DNA of 64,000 nucleotides from NCBI RefSeq assembly GCF_056746865.1, contig NZ_CM163382.1; one strand, 5' to 3'. Shown piece by piece: positions 57,128 to 64,000 of this stretch (position 1 is its first letter; each line of letters starts with the position of its first letter). The notes under the pieces were generated by a model. It saw only the letters and a program-made list of their open reading frames with translations, ran no database searches and was not told where the DNA came from. The position numbers and the translations under genes were made by a program.

Positions 57128-57625
57128 TCAAGTGTTTTGTAGAAATTGTTGCCACAAGGTCTGCAATGCATACGCAGTAGCCTGACGACGTACCGCATCA
57201 CGGTCACCGCTGAAGCATTCCCGCCGGGTAATGCCTTCACCACGGGCAGTGGCAAAAGCAAACCAGACGGTGCCGACAGGCTTCTCTTCACTGCCGCCAT
57301 CCGGCCCGGCGATACCACTAATAGACACAGCATAATCAGCACGAGCCGCTTTCAGTGCGCCTATCGCCATTTCCACCACGACAGGCTCGCTCACCGCGCC
57401 ATGCTGCGCCAGCGTCTCTTCACGTACGCCGATCATTTGCGCTTTGGCTTCGTTACTGTAGGTGACAAATCCGCGTTCAAACCAGGCGGAACTGCCGGCA
57501 ATATCGGTAATCACTTTCGCTACCCAACCGCCGGTACAAGACTCAGCAGTTGTTACGGTTGCGCCACGGGCTTTCAGCGCCTGCCCAACCTGTTCGCTTA
57601 ACTGCATCAGTTCACTGTCAGTCAT
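57128..57625 (-). CDS. pncC: NMN amidohydrolase PncC (YgaD, CinA-like)
   Basis: Start at MTDSELMQLSEQVGQAL; 165 aa. Confidence 0.93.
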   Translation of the reverse strand: MTDSELMQLSEQVGQALKARGATVTTAESCTGGWVAKVITDIAGSSAWFERGFVTYSNEAKAQMIGVREETLAQHGAVSEPVVVEMAIGALKAARADYAVSISGIAGPDGGSEEKPVGTVWFAFATARGEGITRRECFSGDRDAVRRQATAYALQTLWQQFLQNT

Positions 57626-57769
57626 CACAACCTCTGTCAGTCAAAAATTTATGCCGGACAAGATAGCACTTTCGTCAGGAAGATGGTGTTGGCGTTGCAA
57701 TTTTACGAGGAGGATTCAGAAAAAAGCTGATTAGCCAGAGGGAAGCTCACGCTCCCCTCTTGCAAATAG

Positions 57770-58855
57770 TTACTGCACGCGCGCCAGCGCCACGGCTTGT
57801 CCTAACTGCCAGACCGCCATTGCGTAATGGGTACTGTGGTTGTAACGGGTGATGGTGTAGAAGTTCGGCAGACCGTACCAGTACTGGTAACCGGTACCGA
57901 CATCCAGACGCAGCAGGCTGGCTTGTTGATGGTTGCCCAACGGCTGCTGTGGCGTTAAACCTGCCGCGGCAAGCTGCGAAATGCTGTACCTGGTTTTGAA
58001 GCCATTTGGCAAGCCTGGAGCCTGACCGTTTGCCATCACCGCAACCTGATCACCTTTCACCCAGCCGTGCGCTTTGAAATAGTTCGCCACGCTACCGATC
58101 GCATCAACCGGATCCCACAGGTTGATATGCCCGTCGCCGCTGAAATCTACCGCATATTGTTTGTAAGACGACGGCATAAACTGTCCGTAGCCCATCGCCC
58201 CGGCAAAGGAACCTTTCAGATTGAGCGGATCGTCCTGCTCATCGCGCGCCATCAGCAGGAAAGTTTCCAGCTCGCCAGAGAAATACTCCGCGCGGCGTGG
58301 GTAGTTAAATGACAGCGTTGCCAGCGCATCGAGGATACGGGTTTTCCCCATCACGCGCCCCCAGCGGGTTTCAACGCCGATAATCCCGACGATAATTTCC
58401 GGCGGTACACCATACACCTGCCACGCGCGATTCAACGCATCTTCATACTGATTCCAGAAAACCACACCGTTCTGCACGTTGTCCGGCGTAATAAATTTTT
58501 TGCGATAACGCAGCCATGCGCCGTTCGGACCTGATGGCGGTTTCACCGATGTGGTTGGTGCCTGGTTATCCATCAGCCGCAGTACCGAATCCAGACGTTT
58601 CGCCTGGGAGAGAATTTCCTGCAACTGCTGACGATCGAAACCGTGTTTGTTCACCATTTTGTCGATGAACTGCTGGGCATTCGGGTTATTAGCGAAATCG
58701 CCGCCCATCTGCATCACATTGTGCTGCGGCTCAAGCAGGAAGCCGCCAGACGGCGTTCCGGTGGTCGTTTCAGTCTCAGTAGGTTTTGGCTTGCTGCTAC
58801 AGGCGGCAAGCAACACAAAAAGGGGAAGCAATGTTACATAACGACGCTTGAACAT
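57770..58855 (-). CDS. mltB: Membrane-bound lytic murein transglycosylase B MltB
   Basis: Start at MFKRRYVTLLPLFVLLAACSS (lipoprotein signal); 361 aa; ORF-track frame extends upstream. Confidence 0.93.
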   Translation of the reverse strand: MFKRRYVTLLPLFVLLAACSSKPKPTETETTTGTPSGGFLLEPQHNVMQMGGDFANNPNAQQFIDKMVNKHGFDRQQLQEILSQAKRLDSVLRLMDNQAPTTSVKPPSGPNGAWLRYRKKFITPDNVQNGVVFWNQYEDALNRAWQVYGVPPEIIVGIIGVETRWGRVMGKTRILDALATLSFNYPRRAEYFSGELETFLLMARDEQDDPLNLKGSFAGAMGYGQFMPSSYKQYAVDFSGDGHINLWDPVDAIGSVANYFKAHGWVKGDQVAVMANGQAPGLPNGFKTRYSISQLAAAGLTPQQPLGNHQQASLLRLDVGTGYQYWYGLPNFYTITRYNHSTHYAMAVWQLGQAVALARVQ

Positions 58856-59092
58856 GAGGGGTCCATTTAACAGATTCAACCAGGGGCAAGTATGGTAAAG
58901 CATCACGCCCCGCACAAGGAAGCGGTAGTCACTGCCCGATACGGACTTTACATAACTCAACTCATTCTCCTCGCTATCCTTTTATTGAAACTTTCAAGTT
59001 AAAATATTTATCTTTCATTTTGCGATCAAAATAACACTTTTAAATCTTTCAATCTGATTAGATTAGGTTGCCGTTTGGTAATAAAACAATAA

Positions 59093-60630
<1,538 letters not shown>

Positions 60631-60640
60631 AGGCTGAAAC

Positions 60641-61795
<1,155 letters not shown>

Positions 61796-61841
61796 TTAAC
61801 AGCGGAGATCCGTTAAGGATCTCCGCGAGACTAATAAAATG

Positions 61842-61866
61842 CCTGATGCGCTACGCTCATCAGGCA
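61842..61866. repeat. REP element
   Basis: gcctgatgcgctacgctcatcaggc, classic REP palindrome. Confidence 0.7.
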
Positions 61867-61900
61867 TACAGGACTTCCGCCACTACATTAAGGAAAAGTT

Positions 61901-62260
61901 ATGGTATCCGCACTCATCACCGTCGCCGTTATCGCCTGGTGTGCGCAACTGGCCTTAGGCGGTTGGCAAATTTCTCGTTTTAACCGTGCCTTCGACACAC
62001 TATGCCAGCAAGGGCGGGTTGGCGTGGGCCGTTCCAGCGGGCGCTTTAAACCGCGGGTCGTGGTCGTCATCGCCCTGGACGATCAGCAACGCATCGTCGA
62101 CACCTTGTTTATGAAAGGACTGACCGTCTTCGCCCGACCACAAAAAATTCCCGCAATTACCGGTATGTATGCGGGTGATTTACAGCCCGATGTGATCTTT
62201 CCCCATGATCCACTATCACAGAATGCTCTATCATTGGCGCTTAAACTGAAACGTGGATAA
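61901..62260 (+). CDS. gutM: Glucitol operon activator GutM
   Basis: 119 aa, matches K-12. Confidence 0.93.
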   Translation: MVSALITVAVIAWCAQLALGGWQISRFNRAFDTLCQQGRVGVGRSSGRFKPRVVVVIALDDQQRIVDTLFMKGLTVFARPQKIPAITGMYAGDLQPDVIFPHDPLSQNALSLALKLKRG

Positions 62261-62326
62261 TTTCGTTGTGAATGTTACTTGCTTGCGAAGTTATCATTTT
62301 GAAACCTAAATCAGGTAATCACGCCC

Positions 62327-63100
62327 ATGAAACCTCGTCAGCGTCAGGCCGCCATTCTGGAGTATCTGCAAAAGCAGGGTAAATGCTCGGTTGAAGAATT
62401 GGCGCAATACTTTGACACCACAGGCACAACCATTCGCAAAGATCTGGTCATTCTGGAACATGCCGGAACCGTCATTCGTACTTATGGCGGAGTGGTGTTG
62501 AATAAAGAGGAATCCGATCCGCCTATCGATCATAAAACACTCATCAACACCCACAAGAAAGAGCTGATTGCAGAAGCTGCCGTTAGTTTTATCCATGATG
62601 GCGATTCGATCATTCTTGATGCTGGCAGTACCGTTTTGCAGATGGTTCCCCTGCTCTCGCGCTTTAATAACATCACAGTGATGACCAACAGCCTGCATAT
62701 CGTCAATGCGCTATCCGAACTGGATAACGAACAAACTATCCTGATGCCAGGCGGAACATTTCGTAAAAAATCGGCCTCATTTCACGGGCAACTGGCAGAG
62801 AATGCCTTCGAGCATTTCACCTTCGATAAATTGTTTATGGGCACCGACGGCATCGATCTCAATGCGGGCGTAACCACGTTCAACGAGGTTTATACCGTCA
62901 GTAAGGCAATGTGCAATGCCGCGCGCGAAGTGATTTTGATGGCGGACTCATCAAAGTTTGGCCGTAAAAGCCCCAACGTAGTTTGCAGTCTTGAAAGCGT
63001 CGATAAGCTAATTACCGACGCAGGTATCGATCCAGCGTTTCGTCAGGCGCTGGAAAAGAAAGGGATCGATGTGATCATAACCGGAGAGAGCAATGAGTGA
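62327..63100 (+). CDS. srlR: DeoR-family glucitol operon repressor SrlR (GutR)
   Basis: 257 aa, matches K-12. Confidence 0.94.
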   Translation: MKPRQRQAAILEYLQKQGKCSVEELAQYFDTTGTTIRKDLVILEHAGTVIRTYGGVVLNKEESDPPIDHKTLINTHKKELIAEAAVSFIHDGDSIILDAGSTVLQMVPLLSRFNNITVMTNSLHIVNALSELDNEQTILMPGGTFRKKSASFHGQLAENAFEHFTFDKLFMGTDGIDLNAGVTTFNEVYTVSKAMCNAAREVILMADSSKFGRKSPNVVCSLESVDKLITDAGIDPAFRQALEKKGIDVIITGESNE

Positions 63101-64000
63101 AGCACTACTGAACGCGGGACGTCAGACGTTAATGCTGGAGTTGCAGGAAGCAAGCCGTTTACCGGAACGTCTGGGCGATGATTTTGTTCGCGCCGCCAAT
63201 ATCATCCTGCACTGCGAAGGCAAAGTGGTGGTTTCGGGAATTGGCAAATCGGGCCACATTGGTAAGAAAATCGCCGCAACACTTGCCAGTACCGGCACAC
63301 CGGCTTTTTTTGTCCATCCGGCAGAGGCATTGCACGGCGACCTGGGGATGATCGAAAGCCGCGATGTGATGCTGTTTATCTCTTACTCCGGTGGCGCGAA
63401 GGAACTGGATCTGATTATTCCGCGTCTGGAAGATAAATCTATCGCGCTGCTGGCGATGACCGGCAAACCGACGTCACCGCTGGGCCTGGCGGCGAAAGCG
63501 GTGCTGGATATCTCCGTAGAACGCGAAGCCTGTCCGATGCACCTTGCGCCGACCTCCAGCACCGTGAATACCCTGATGATGGGTGACGCGCTGGCGATGG
63601 CGGTCATGCAGGCGCGCGGATTTAATGAAGAAGATTTTGCCCGCTCCCACCCAGCCGGGGCACTGGGCGCTCGCTTGCTGAATAAAGTGCATCATCTGAT
63701 GCGCCGTGATGACGCTATCCCGCAGGTAGCGTTAACCGCCAGCGTGATGGATGCGATGCTGGAACTCAGCCGCACTGGTCTGGGGCTGGTGGCGGTATGT
63801 GACGCTCAACAACAGGTACAAGGCGTCTTTACCGACGGCGATTTACGTCGCTGGCTGGTTGGCGGCGGCGCACTCACCACGCCAGTTAATGAAGCGATGA
63901 CGACAGGCGGCACCACATTACAGGCACAAAGTCGCGCCATCGACGCCAAAGAGATCCTGATGAAGCGCAAAATCACTGCCGCACCGGTGGTGGATGAAAA
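63093..64000 (+). CDS. gutQ: D-arabinose 5-phosphate isomerase GutQ (SIS + CBS domains), 5' portion; continues past window end
   Basis: Starts [31 protein letters not shown]; start overlaps srlR stop; open to window end. Confidence 0.9.
   Translation, partial: MSEALLNAGRQTLMLELQEASRLPERLGDDFVRAANIILHCEGKVVVSGIGKSGHIGKKIAATLASTGTPAFFVHPAEALHGDLGMIESRDVMLFISYSGGAKELDLIIPRLEDKSIALLAMTGKPTSPLGLAAKAVLDISVEREACPMHLAPTSSTVNTLMMGDALAMAVMQARGFNEEDFARSHPAGALGARLLNKVHHLMRRDDAIPQVALTASVMDAMLELSRTGLGLVAVCDAQQQVQGVFTDGDLRRWLVGGGALTTPVNEAMTTGGTTLQAQSRAIDAKEILMKRKITAAPVVDE

Overview
Enterobacterial (Escherichia coli / Shigella-type) chromosomal segment. Gene calls rest on reading the six-frame translations and recalling K-12 protein and RNA sequences; no searches were run. 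Positions ~16.7-64 kb are conserved backbone in K-12 order: tRNA-Ile(CAU) ileY, ygaQ, csiD-lhgO-gabDTP-csiR, kbp, yqaE, ygaVP, stpA, alaE, ygaC, ygaM, nrdHIEF, proVWX, ygaY, ygaZH, mprA-emrAB, luxS, micA sRNA, gshA, yqaAB, a 4x tRNA-Arg + tRNA-Ser array, csrA, alaS, recX-recA (with LexA box), pncC, mltB, srlAEBD-gutM-srlR-gutQ. Apparent differences from K-12 (from memory, unverified): ygaQ and ygaY look intact, and a MocR-type regulator plus AhpD-like gene sit between ygaM and nrdH. Positions 1-16.7 kb are AT-rich accessory DNA adjoining the 3' end of ileY: a ypjA-like autotransporter, a pinH-like invertase remnant, a low-GC 484-aa protein, and further left a set of unknown genes. The most interesting part is around 1.6-8.5 kb: a FimB/FimE-type short tyrosine recombinase gene cleanly split by an IS629-like element; next to it a 360-bp divergent intergenic region with 14-bp perfect inverted repeats flanking 127 bp (candidate invertible switch) and a 39-bp hairpin over the recombinase start; a CBS-pair protein with a HEPN-like C-terminal motif; an unknown 341-aa gene flanked by two diverged copies of a ~62-bp noncoding repeat; and an unknown ORF with an in-frame TGA. 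None of these accessory assignments could be checked by homology search here.
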